Shown here one piece after another: positions 1 to 8,779 of a stretch of 64,000 nucleotides of DNA; position 1 is the stretch's first letter, and each line of letters starts with the position of its first letter. Where the stretch lies: the NCBI GenBank assembly GCA_944381745.1, contig CALWMI010000038.1:23934-87933 (forward strand), given 5' to 3'. The position numbers were made by a program, and so were the translations under genes. The notes beneath the pieces are model-generated. The model was not told the origin of the DNA. It was given only the letters and a program-made list of their open reading frames with translations, and searched no databases. This stretch comes from an uncultured Lachnospiraceae bacterium (GTDB taxonomy: Bacteria > Bacillota > Clostridia > Lachnospirales > Lachnospiraceae).

Positions 1-62
1 CTACTATCTGAAATTCTGTATTTTCCAGGTGTGCGGCGTAAGATGAAGGCGGTAGGTGCGGC

Positions 63-1403
63 ATGACATACGAAGAGGCAAGACAATACTATGACGGGCT
101 CTCAGCCAGGGGGATTGAGCTGGGGCTGACGGCGGTGAAGAAGCTGCTGGAGCGTCTGGGCAGTCCCCAGCAGCGCCTGCGGGTGATACATATCGCCGGG
201 ACCAACGGCAAGGGATCCGTGCTGTCCTATCTGTCCGCCATCCTGCGGGAGGCGGGATACCGGACGGGAACCTACAGCTCCCCAGCTGTGTTCGGTTTCC
301 GGGAGCAGTTCCAGGCCGGCGGGCAGCCAATCGGGAGGGAGATCTTTGCCCAGCTGACCGGGGAGATCCGCCGGGAGGCAGACCGGCTGTGGCAGGAGGG
401 GACCGCTGTGACCGCTTACGAGGCGCAGACTGCGCTGGCCTTTCTCTGGTTTGCGCGCACGGGCTGTGATTACGTTGTTGTGGAGACTGGCATGGGCGGA
501 AGGCTGGACGCCACAAATGTGCTGGAGAGGGTGTGCCTGTCTGTGTTTGCCTCCATCAGCATGGACCACATGGGATTCCTGGGGGATACCTTGGAGGACA
601 TTGCCTGCCAGAAGGCAGGAATTTTAAAGGCGGGCTGCCCGGCTGTGACTGTGCGGCAGCAGCCGGAGGCTGCTGGCGTGCTGGAGGAGGCCGCCAGGCG
701 GAAGGGCTGTCCCTTGGTCACGGCAGATCTGGATAGGGCATGGGACATCCGCTATGGCCTGCAAGAGCAGATGTTTTCTTATCGGGCGCATTCCGGCAGG
801 GAATACCGGGAGCTTCGCATTCGCCAGGCAGGGACATACCAGGTGGAGAACGCGGTGCTGGCGGCGGAGGCGGCCGATATCCTCATGGATGGCGGCCTGT
901 CCATACGGGAGGAGCATATCCGCAGGGGGCTGGAGGAGAGCTTCTGGCCTGGCAGGTTCACGGTGCTGCAGGAGCATCCGGCAGTGGTGCTGGACGGCGC
1001 CCACAACGAGGCGGGGGCGCTTAGGCTGCGGGAATCGCTGGAACAGTATTTTCCCGGGAGAAAGCTCGTGTTTATCATGGGCATTTTCCGGGATAAGGAA
1101 TACGATAAAATTGCCGGCATCATGGCGCCGCTGGCCTCCGCCGTCTACACCGTGCGTCTGCCGGGCAGCAGCAGGATGCTTGAGGCGGAGGCGCTGAGGG
1201 ACGCGGTGCGGCGAGCCCTCAGAGAACGGAGGATGGAGGGAAAGGTGCCGGTGCGGGCTGCCGCCATTGCGGAGGCTGTCCGGGAGAGCCTGCACAGCGC
1301 AGGGAGAGACGGCGTGGTTGTGGCGTTCGGTTCCCTGTCCCATCTGGGCGAGCTGCGCCGCCAGTTCCTGGCAGCACAAGAAAGAGGAGAGGATATGGGT
1401 TGA
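63..1403 (+). CDS. folC: Folylpolyglutamate synthase / dihydrofolate synthase
   Basis: 446-aa ORF with IHIAGTNGKGS P-loop, VETGMGGRLDATN and LDGAHN motifs; first gene of a folate cluster. Confidence 0.95.
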   Translation: MTYEEARQYYDGLSARGIELGLTAVKKLLERLGSPQQRLRVIHIAGTNGKGSVLSYLSAILREAGYRTGTYSSPAVFGFREQFQAGGQPIGREIFAQLTGEIRREADRLWQEGTAVTAYEAQTALAFLWFARTGCDYVVVETGMGGRLDATNVLERVCLSVFASISMDHMGFLGDTLEDIACQKAGILKAGCPAVTVRQQPEAAGVLEEAARRKGCPLVTADLDRAWDIRYGLQEQMFSYRAHSGREYRELRIRQAGTYQVENAVLAAEAADILMDGGLSIREEHIRRGLEESFWPGRFTVLQEHPAVVLDGAHNEAGALRLRESLEQYFPGRKLVFIMGIFRDKEYDKIAGIMAPLASAVYTVRLPGSSRMLEAEALRDAVRRALRERRMEGKVPVRAAAIAEAVRESLHSAGRDGVVVAFGSLSHLGELRRQFLAAQERGEDMG

Positions 1404-1406
1404 GAG

Positions 1407-1970
1407 ATGGACAAGAAGAAGATTGAAGAAGGGATACGCCTGATCCTGGAGGGGATCGGGGAGGATGTCTCCCGGGAAGGGCTGGCGGAGACGCCCGCAC
1501 GGATCGCGCGGATGTATGAGGAGATTTTTGGAGGGCTGGGCGAAGATGCGGCGAGCCATCTGGGGAAAACCTTCCGCGTGGACGGAGGGGAGATGGTGAT
1601 CGAGAAGGATATTCCTTTCTACTCGATGTGCGAGCACCACCTTCTGCCATTCTATGGGAAGGCCCATATCGCCTACGTGCCGGTGGGGCGGGTGGTAGGC
1701 TTAAGCAAGCTTGCCCGGACGGTGGAGGTGTTTGCCAGAAGGCCGCAGGTCCAGGAGCGGATGACGGCGCAGATCGCGGACGCCTTGATGGAGCACTTGG
1801 AATGCGCGGGAGCCATGGTGGTGCTGGAGGCTGAGCATATGTGCATGACGATGCGCGGCGTCAGGAAGCCGGGGAGCAGGACGCTTACCTGGGCGGCTCG
1901 GGGTGCGTTCCAGGAGGACGACAGGCTGTGCCAGCGGTTCCTGATGATGGTGGGCGGCCATGGGTGCTGA
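1407..1970 (+). CDS. folE: GTP cyclohydrolase I
   Basis: [33 protein letters not shown] and HMCMTMRG motifs. Confidence 0.97.
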   Translation: MDKKKIEEGIRLILEGIGEDVSREGLAETPARIARMYEEIFGGLGEDAASHLGKTFRVDGGEMVIEKDIPFYSMCEHHLLPFYGKAHIAYVPVGRVVGLSKLARTVEVFARRPQVQERMTAQIADALMEHLECAGAMVVLEAEHMCMTMRGVRKPGSRTLTWAARGAFQEDDRLCQRFLMMVGGHGC

Positions 1971-2538
1971 CAGGGACGGCGCCATAGGCCGCGCCATGGA
2001 CGGTATCATGGATGGTGCCATAGGCCGCGTCATGGACGGTGCTATAGGCCGCGCCATGGACCGCGCGGAGAGGGTCCGCTGCCACCCGGCGCTGCAGAGG
2101 AGCCTGGAGGCTGTCTGCAAGGCGGAGGAGGGGCGTATCTTCTGCGGGCACGGGCTGGGGCACCTGCTGGATGTGGCGCGCATCGCCTATATTTTGAATC
2201 TGGAGGAGCACCTGGGAATCCGCAGGGACGTGGTGTATGCGGCGGCCCTCCTCCACGACAGCGGCAAGGCGGAGCAGTACCGGATGGGGATTCCCCATGA
2301 GCGCACAGGGGCGGCGCTGGCCCGGGAGATCCTGGGGGAATGCGGCTATACGGCCAGCGAGCAGGAGGCCGTCGCCGCTGCCATCGGCGCCCACCGGGAC
2401 TGGGAGGCGGCCAGGCGCAGCCCGCTGGGGAGCATCCTCTACCGGGCGGACAAGCTGTCCAGGCCCTGCTTTGCCTGCCAGGCGGAGCCGGAATGTGACT
2501 GGGTCACAGACAAGAAGAACCTGCACGTGAGATACTAA
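1960..2538 (+). CDS. HD-domain phosphohydrolase inside the folate operon (true start may be ATG 2056)
   Basis: [19 protein letters not shown] and YRADK HD-superfamily motifs; overlaps folE stop; the N-terminal GAIGRAMD repeats come from 24-nt tandem duplications. Confidence 0.8.
   Translation: MGADRDGAIGRAMDGIMDGAIGRVMDGAIGRAMDRAERVRCHPALQRSLEAVCKAEEGRIFCGHGLGHLLDVARIAYILNLEEHLGIRRDVVYAAALLHDSGKAEQYRMGIPHERTGAALAREILGECGYTASEQEAVAAAIGAHRDWEAARRSPLGSILYRADKLSRPCFACQAEPECDWVTDKKNLHVRY
1978..2061 (+). repeat. Three copies of a 24-nt unit (ggygcyataggccgcgycatggac) plus a 12-nt partial, each ending in ATG GAC
   Basis: Read directly; units start at 1978, 2014 and 2038. Confidence 0.9.
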
Positions 2539-2608
2539 AGACTGAGAATGGCGCCGGGGTACCAAGGCGCATTGCCCTTTGGACCCCCGGGCTGCGGAGA
2601 GAGAACGA

Positions 2609-3451
2609 ATGGTCATTGGAAATCGGGTTTACGATACAGAAAATCACACCTATGTCATGGGAATCTTGAATGTCACGCCGGATTCCTTCTCGGACGGCGG
2701 ACGCTTTGGGACGGTGGACCGGGCGCTGTACCACGCCCAGGAGATGATAGGGGAGGGGGCGGACCTTCTGGATATCGGGGGAGAGTCCACCCGCCCCGGC
2801 TGCAGCCAGGTGTCTGCGGAAGAGGAGATGGAGCGGGTTCTGCCTGTGCTGGAGCAGGTCAAGGCAGAATTTGACATACCCGTGTCCGTGGACACGTACA
2901 AGCCCGAGGTGGCTGCGGCAGCCGCTGCGGCTGGCGCGGACATGATCAACGATGTGTGGGGGCTGAAATACGACGAGGCGATGGCCGATGTCATTGCCCG
3001 GTACCAGCTGCCCTGCTGCCTGATGCACAACCGCCGGGAGGCTGTCTACTACAATTATATGAAGGATCTGTTGAACGACCTGCAGGAGAGCGTGGCCATC
3101 GCCCTCCGGCACGGGATACGCCGGGGACAGATCATCCTGGATCCGGGGATTGGATTTGGGAAGACTTACGAGCACAGCCTGGAGGCGCTGCACAGGCTGG
3201 AGCGCCTGAAGGAGCTGGGATTTCCGGTCCTCCTGGGGGCTTCCAGGAAATCCGTCATAGGGCTGACGCTGGACGTCCCGGTGGAGGAGCGGCTGGAGGG
3301 AACCCTGGCCGCTACCGTGGCGGCGGTGATGAAGGGCTGTTCCTTTGTGCGGGTACACGATGTGCGGGCAAACAAGCGGGCCGTCCGGATGGCTGAGGCT
3401 ATCGGGGCTGGACGGCGTGTGGAGGAGAAGACATGGACAGAATTAAGATAA
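2609..3451 (+). CDS. folP: Dihydropteroate synthase
   Basis: MGILNVTPDSFSDGG, DIGGESTRPG, DPGIGFGK and GASRKS motifs; start moved to ATG 2609. Confidence 0.96.
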   Translation: MVIGNRVYDTENHTYVMGILNVTPDSFSDGGRFGTVDRALYHAQEMIGEGADLLDIGGESTRPGCSQVSAEEEMERVLPVLEQVKAEFDIPVSVDTYKPEVAAAAAAAGADMINDVWGLKYDEAMADVIARYQLPCCLMHNRREAVYYNYMKDLLNDLQESVAIALRHGIRRGQIILDPGIGFGKTYEHSLEALHRLERLKELGFPVLLGASRKSVIGLTLDVPVEERLEGTLAATVAAVMKGCSFVRVHDVRANKRAVRMAEAIGAGRRVEEKTWTELR

Positions 3452-4392
3452 AGGATCTGGAGGTGTTCGGAAGGCATGGGGTCTACGAGGAGGAGAACCG
3501 CCTGGGACAGAAATTCCTGGTGAGCGCCTGCCTGTACCTGGATACCCGCAGGGCGGGGCTTAGGGACAGCCTGGAGGACTCCGTCAATTACGGGGAGGTG
3601 TGCCACCGGATCGCCGCGTTTTTTGAGGCGCGGGCCTGTAAGCTGATCGAGGCGGCGGCGGAGGCGCTGGCTTCTGAGCTTCTCCGCTCCTTTGAGGCGC
3701 TCCGGGGGCTCACCCTGGAGATCAAGAAGCCCTGGGCTCCCATCGGCCTGCCCCTGAGCTGGGTGTCCGTGGAAATTGAGCGGGGCTGGCACACGGCGTA
3801 CGTGGCGCTGGGCTCCAACATGGGAGACCGGCAGTCATACCTTGGGCAGGCGGTCAGCGGGCTGGAAGACAATCCGGATATCCGGGTGGAGCAGGTGTCT
3901 GACTGGATGGAGACGGCTCCCTACGGCGTGACTGACCAGCCAGAATTTCTCAACGGCTGCGCCAGGATTTCCACCCTGCTGGAGCCAGAGGAGCTGCTGG
4001 CATACTTGAACCAGCTGGAGCAGCAGGCAGGCCGGGAGCGGATCCGCAGATGGGGGCCGCGGACGCTGGATTTGGATATCCTGCTGTACGAGGACCGGAT
4101 TATGGAGCGGCCTGCCCTGACCATCCCTCACCGGGATATGCACAACCGGGAGTTTGTGCTGCGTCCGCTGTGCCAGATTGCCCCTGGGGTATGCCACCCG
4201 GTGCTGCACAGGACGGCGGAGCAGCTTCTCCAGTGCCTTGTGGAAAGGGCGGACAGCGGAGCAGGCTGCAAAGAGGGCAGGAATCCTGCCGGAGGGGCAA
4301 GCTGCAAAGAGGACAGAAATCCTGCCGGCGGGGAAGGCTGCAAAGAGGACAGGAATCCTGCCGGAGGGGAAGGAGAGAGGGAACATGGCTGA
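3433..4392 (+). CDS. folK: Bifunctional dihydroneopterin aldolase / HPPK (FolB-FolK fusion, SulD-like)
   Basis: N-terminal FolB (GRHGVYEEE..GQKF, IKKPWAPIG) followed by FolK (ALGSNMGDR, RWGPRTLDLDILLY, TIPH). Confidence 0.93.
   Translation: MDRIKIKDLEVFGRHGVYEEENRLGQKFLVSACLYLDTRRAGLRDSLEDSVNYGEVCHRIAAFFEARACKLIEAAAEALASELLRSFEALRGLTLEIKKPWAPIGLPLSWVSVEIERGWHTAYVALGSNMGDRQSYLGQAVSGLEDNPDIRVEQVSDWMETAPYGVTDQPEFLNGCARISTLLEPEELLAYLNQLEQQAGRERIRRWGPRTLDLDILLYEDRIMERPALTIPHRDMHNREFVLRPLCQIAPGVCHPVLHRTAEQLLQCLVERADSGAGCKEGRNPAGGASCKEDRNPAGGEGCKEDRNPAGGEGEREHG
4265..4372 (+). repeat. 3 x 36-nt tandem repeat encoding the C-terminal tail of FolBK (CKEGRNPAGG..)
   Basis: Units start at 4265, 4301 and 4337. 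Confidence 0.9.
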
Positions 4393-5515
4393 TTTGACAG
4401 AGCTGAGAGAACAGATCGACAAGATCGACAGCAGCATGGTTCGGCTGTACCAGGAGCGGATGGATATCTGCAGGGAAGTGGGAGAATATAAGCTTCAGGC
4501 CGGGAAAAAGGTGCTGGACCGGGAGCGGGAGAGGAGCAAGCTGGAGAAGCTGACCGCCATGGCGGACAATGACTTCTACCGCCACGGCATCCGGGAGCTG
4601 TTTGAGCAGATTATGTCCATGGGGCGTAAGCTGCAGTACCAACTGCTGACGGAGGCTGGCGCTATTGGGCATCTCCCGTTTATCGGCGTGGACTCCCTGG
4701 AGAAGGAGAAGGCGAGAGTCGTGTTCCAGGGAGTGGAGGGGGCCAACAGCGAGGAGGCCATGCGGGCCTATTTCGGCGGCCAGGTGAACAGCTTCCATGT
4801 GGAGACCTTCCGGGAAGCTATGGAGGCCATCGAGGAGGGGATGGCAGATTTTGCAGTGCTCCCCATCGAGAATTCCTCCGCCGGGATTGTGCGGGAGGTG
4901 TACGACCTCCTGGTGGAATTTGAGAACTTTATCGTGGGGGAGCAGGTGATCAGGATTGAGAACTGCCTGATGGGAGTCCCGGGAGCGCGGCTGGAGGATA
5001 TTGAGACGGTGTACTCCCATCCCCAGGCGCTGATGCAGGGGGAGCGCTACCTCAACGCCCACCGGCAGTGGCAGCAGATCAGCATGCCCAACACGGCTGC
5101 GGCGGCCAAGATGGTGGCCGAGAGCCGGGACAAGACGAAGGCGGCCGTGGCCAACAGCCTGGCGGCCAGGCTGTACGGGCTTAGCATCCTGGAGCCGGAG
5201 ATCTGCCCCAACGCCTCCAACTCCACCCGCTTCATCATTGTGACAAACCAGAAGATTTACCGCAAGGATGCGGATAAAATCAGCATCTGCTTCGAGCTGG
5301 TCCATGAGAGCGGCTCCCTGTACCGCGCCATGTCCCACTTTATCTACAACAACCTGAACATGTGCAAGATTGAATCGCGGCCGGTGGAGGGGCGCAACTG
5401 GGAGTACCGCTTCTTTATCGACTTTGAGGGCAACCTGAATGACAGCGCCGTGAAGAACGCCCTCCGGGGACTGCGGGACGAGACGAGGAACATGCGGATC
5501 CTTGGAAATTACTAG
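4385..5515 (+). CDS. pheA: Chorismate mutase / prephenate dehydratase
   Basis: LREQIDKID chorismate mutase N-terminus, PIENSSAG, SHPQAL, TRF and IESRP motifs; start set at ATG 4385 after a GGAGAGAGG-like RBS. Confidence 0.93.
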   Translation: MADLTELREQIDKIDSSMVRLYQERMDICREVGEYKLQAGKKVLDRERERSKLEKLTAMADNDFYRHGIRELFEQIMSMGRKLQYQLLTEAGAIGHLPFIGVDSLEKEKARVVFQGVEGANSEEAMRAYFGGQVNSFHVETFREAMEAIEEGMADFAVLPIENSSAGIVREVYDLLVEFENFIVGEQVIRIENCLMGVPGARLEDIETVYSHPQALMQGERYLNAHRQWQQISMPNTAAAAKMVAESRDKTKAAVANSLAARLYGLSILEPEICPNASNSTRFIIVTNQKIYRKDADKISICFELVHESGSLYRAMSHFIYNNLNMCKIESRPVEGRNWEYRFFIDFEGNLNDSAVKNALRGLRDETRNMRILGNY

Positions 5516-5537
5516 AGTGCAAGAGAGGAAGAGAAGG

Positions 5538-6839
5538 ATGGAAGCAATCAGCCGGTTGATTTTATACAGAGATTTTGAAGATGGGAAGATCCTGCGGGAT
5601 ATGTCATGGCTCAGGGAGCATTATCAGAGCGCCGGCTGCAGCCGGGAGGAGATCATCTCCCTCCTGTACGAGTGCGTCCACGGGCTTGTGGAGCTGGCCG
5701 GGAATTATGGGTTCGAGGGGAACCTGTGGCACAATTACCTGACCTACCTGCTGGTGAACAGCGAGAACGCCTACAGCACCGCCTGCGAGATCGTGGGGCC
5801 GGTGGAGGGCAGCATCAACCAGGCAGCCAAAAATGACTTTGCGATTTTCCAGGAGATGTTCCGCTGGGATTTGAATCAGATTGACGTCCACCTGGGGGTG
5901 GGGGGCCTGCATATCCTGGACGGGTACACGAACGTCAACGAGCACAGCAAGCTGTTCAACAAGAGGATCCGGGATGAGATCTGCGAGACGAGCCGGAAGC
6001 TGGCCGCTGCGGAGGATACCGCACAGTTCCAGGCGGTCATGACCAGCTTCTACAAGGAGTTCGGCGTGGGAAAGCTGGGGCTGCACAAGGCCTTCCGTGT
6101 GGAGCATGTAGGGGACGAGGTGCGCATCGTGCCGATCTCCCGCATCGCCCATGTGACGCTGGACGACCTGGTGGGCTATGAGATACCCAAGAAAAAGCTG
6201 ATCGAGAATACGGAGGCCTTTGTGGAGGGCAGGCCGGCCAACAACTGCCTGCTGTTCGGGGACGCCGGCACCGGCAAATCCACAAGCATCAAGGCAATCC
6301 TGAACCAGTATTACGGGCAGGGCCTGCGCATGATCGAGATCTATAAGCACCAGTTCCAGGATCTGAACAGCGTGATCGCCCAGATCAAGAACAGGAACTA
6401 CAAATTTATCATCTATATGGACGACCTCTCCTTCGAGGAATTTGAGATCGAGTACAAGTACCTGAAGGCAGTGATCGAGGGAGGCCTGGAGAAGAAGCCG
6501 GACAACGTCCTGATCTATGCCACCTCCAACCGGCGCCACCTCATCCGGGAGGAAGCCGGGGACAAGGTGGGACGGAGGGAGGACATGCACGCCTCAGACA
6601 CCGTCCAGGAAAAGCTGTCGCTGGTGGCCAGGTTCGGCGTGTCCATCTTCTTTGTGGGCCCCACGAAGAAGGAATTCTTCAACATTGTCAAGGTGCTGGC
6701 AGAGAGGAACCATATAGCGATGGAAGAGGAGGAGCTGTACCAGGAGGCAAACCGCTGGGAGATGAGCCACGGAGGCCTGTCTGGGCGCACCGCGCAGCAG
6801 TTTATAGATTATCTGCTGGGGAGAAAGACAGAAAAATAG
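5538..6839 (+). CDS. AAA+ ATPase, DUF815-like
   Basis: GDAGTGKS Walker A, IYMDDLSFEE Walker B, YATSNRRHL and GLSGRTAQQF typical of DUF815. Confidence 0.85.
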   Translation: MEAISRLILYRDFEDGKILRDMSWLREHYQSAGCSREEIISLLYECVHGLVELAGNYGFEGNLWHNYLTYLLVNSENAYSTACEIVGPVEGSINQAAKNDFAIFQEMFRWDLNQIDVHLGVGGLHILDGYTNVNEHSKLFNKRIRDEICETSRKLAAAEDTAQFQAVMTSFYKEFGVGKLGLHKAFRVEHVGDEVRIVPISRIAHVTLDDLVGYEIPKKKLIENTEAFVEGRPANNCLLFGDAGTGKSTSIKAILNQYYGQGLRMIEIYKHQFQDLNSVIAQIKNRNYKFIIYMDDLSFEEFEIEYKYLKAVIEGGLEKKPDNVLIYATSNRRHLIREEAGDKVGRREDMHASDTVQEKLSLVARFGVSIFFVGPTKKEFFNIVKVLAERNHIAMEEEELYQEANRWEMSHGGLSGRTAQQFIDYLLGRKTEK

Positions 6840-6896
6840 CTGCGCCGCCGCAGGGCTTGGGAACACCGGCGCAGGAAAAGAAAGCGAGGAGAGACT

Positions 6897-7616
6897 ATGG
6901 AGGAATTGAGAGAACTGTATGGCCAGAAACGCTACATGGAGCTTCAGAAGAAGTGCCAGGAGCAGATGGAATCCCCGGAGGCCGGGGCAGAGGTGTACGG
7001 ATACTGTGCCTGCGCGCAGGCGGCGAGGAACAACCTGTCCCGCCCCTCGCTGAAGGAAGGAACCGCCAATTTCCGGAAGGCATTCGCCAGGGGGAAGGAG
7101 GAGCAGAAGCTTCCCTATCTGGAGGAGCTGTATGCCTCGTTTACCGGGGAGGTGAAAAAGGCGCTGGCAGCCAGCGAACAGATGATAGCCAGCCTATCCC
7201 TGGACGCGGAGATCATGCTGTCCTACAGGGAATGCCTGAGCCTGGGCATCGAGGCGCTTCTGGCGGCGGCTGAGGAGGCGGAGGCGGCAGGCCTTGGCGC
7301 GGACACCGAAGAGCCCCGCAAGGAGGCGCTCCGCTATATGAGGGAGTACTGCCTGACCCGGCATTACGATGTGGATATGGGCAAAAATGTGATGCACAAG
7401 TCCGACAATATCCCCGACGAGGTGCGGGCAGAGTACGTGGCCCGGTATGACCAGCTGGTGCAGAAAATCCGGGAGAAGGATCCGGCCTTTGAGCCGGAGG
7501 AGGATATCCAGCGGGAGAGAAAGCTGCCCAGCCAGGAGCGGCAGGAGGAGCGCGCCAGGGAGGAGGCAGAGGGCAAGAAGAGAAGCCTCCTGGACAAATT
7601 TATGGATCTGTTCTGA
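6897..7616 (+). CDS. Hypothetical alpha-helical protein
   Basis: 239-aa ORF with a GAGGAG RBS and host-like codon use, co-oriented in the operon; no motif recognised. Confidence 0.75.
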   Translation: MEELRELYGQKRYMELQKKCQEQMESPEAGAEVYGYCACAQAARNNLSRPSLKEGTANFRKAFARGKEEQKLPYLEELYASFTGEVKKALAASEQMIASLSLDAEIMLSYRECLSLGIEALLAAAEEAEAAGLGADTEEPRKEALRYMREYCLTRHYDVDMGKNVMHKSDNIPDEVRAEYVARYDQLVQKIREKDPAFEPEEDIQRERKLPSQERQEERAREEAEGKKRSLLDKFMDLF

Positions 7617-7619
7617 GCC

Positions 7620-8633
7620 ATGGGAGAGCGTCAGTGGACGGCTGTCCGCTGGGAGGGCACAGACCCAGCGGAAAATTTGGCCATGGAAGAGTATGCGTTT
7701 GACCGCCTGCCGCTGGACAGGGATTATGTGATCCTGTGGCAGTACCGCCCATCCGTCATCATCGGGAAGCACCAGAATGCCCTGGAGGAGATCAACGGGG
7801 AGTACGTGAGGAGGAAGCAGCTGCCTGTCGTCCGGAGACTGTCAGGCGGCGGGGCTGTCTACCACGACCTGGGGAACTTGAATTTTACCTTTCTGGCCAG
7901 GACGCAGGGATTCTCCGGGGAGTGGGCACAGATACTGGAACCGGTGCTTGGCGCCTGCCAGGCGCTGGGCGTCCGGGCATCCCTGAGCGGGAGGAACGAC
8001 CTGACCGGCCCGGACGGCAGGAAGTTTTCCGGTAATGCCCGCTATGAGCGGGATGGGCGCCTGATGCATCACGGCACCCTTCTCATCAGCGCAGACCTGG
8101 GAGCCATGGAGGAGGCCCTGCGGGTTTCCAGGGACAAGATGCGCTCAAGGGGCGTGGCGTCGGTGCGGGCCAGGGTAGGGAACCTGCGGGAATATGCGCC
8201 GGGGATAACGGTGGAGAGCTTTCGGGAAACCCTGTTGGAGGCGCTGTCCGGGGGAAGAGAACTGGAGAGCTGCTGCTGGAGCGCGCAGGATCGGAAGGAG
8301 ATCCGCAGGCGTGCAGAGGCACGGTACCGGCGCTGGGAGTGGAATTACGGCAATTTCCCCGCGTGCAGCATGGTAAGGGAGAGACGCATAGAGGGCTGCG
8401 GCCAGGTGAAGGTGGGCTTGGAGCTTCTGGCAGGCTGCGTGACAGAGTGCCATTTCCAGGGGGATTTTCTCGGCAGCGCCCCGGTGGAGCAGCTGGAAGG
8501 GCTGCTGGAGGGCTGCCGGCTGGAGGAGGCTGCCCTGAGGAAGCGGCTGGAGCAGGTTCCGGTGGATGACTATATCCGGGGGATGGATGCCGGGCTGCTG
8601 ACAGAGCTGCTGCTTGGCGGCATTGTACAGTGA
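7620..8633 (+). CDS. lplA: Lipoate-protein ligase A
   Basis: NLAMEEY, VIIGKHQN, RRLSGGGAVYHDLGN, GRNDL, KFSGNA and HHGTLL motifs. Confidence 0.93.
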   Translation: MGERQWTAVRWEGTDPAENLAMEEYAFDRLPLDRDYVILWQYRPSVIIGKHQNALEEINGEYVRRKQLPVVRRLSGGGAVYHDLGNLNFTFLARTQGFSGEWAQILEPVLGACQALGVRASLSGRNDLTGPDGRKFSGNARYERDGRLMHHGTLLISADLGAMEEALRVSRDKMRSRGVASVRARVGNLREYAPGITVESFRETLLEALSGGRELESCCWSAQDRKEIRRRAEARYRRWEWNYGNFPACSMVRERRIEGCGQVKVGLELLAGCVTECHFQGDFLGSAPVEQLEGLLEGCRLEEAALRKRLEQVPVDDYIRGMDAGLLTELLLGGIVQ

Positions 8634-8744
8634 TTTTGTAGCAGGATAAAGTGTATAAATTTACTGAGAATATATAAATAAACAAACAATTAGCTATATT
8701 TAGACAAAATACACAATTAAATTTAAAAATTTTTGAAAATAGTA

Positions 8745-8774
8745 TTGACAAAACAGCTTTCGATGAGCTATAAT
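8745..8774 (+). promoter_or_regulatory. Strong sigma-A promoter with an AT-rich UP-like tract upstream
   Basis: TTGACA 8745-8750, 18-nt spacer, TATAAT 8769-8774; very AT-rich 8655-8744. Confidence 0.85.
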
Positions 8775-8779
8775 CAAAC

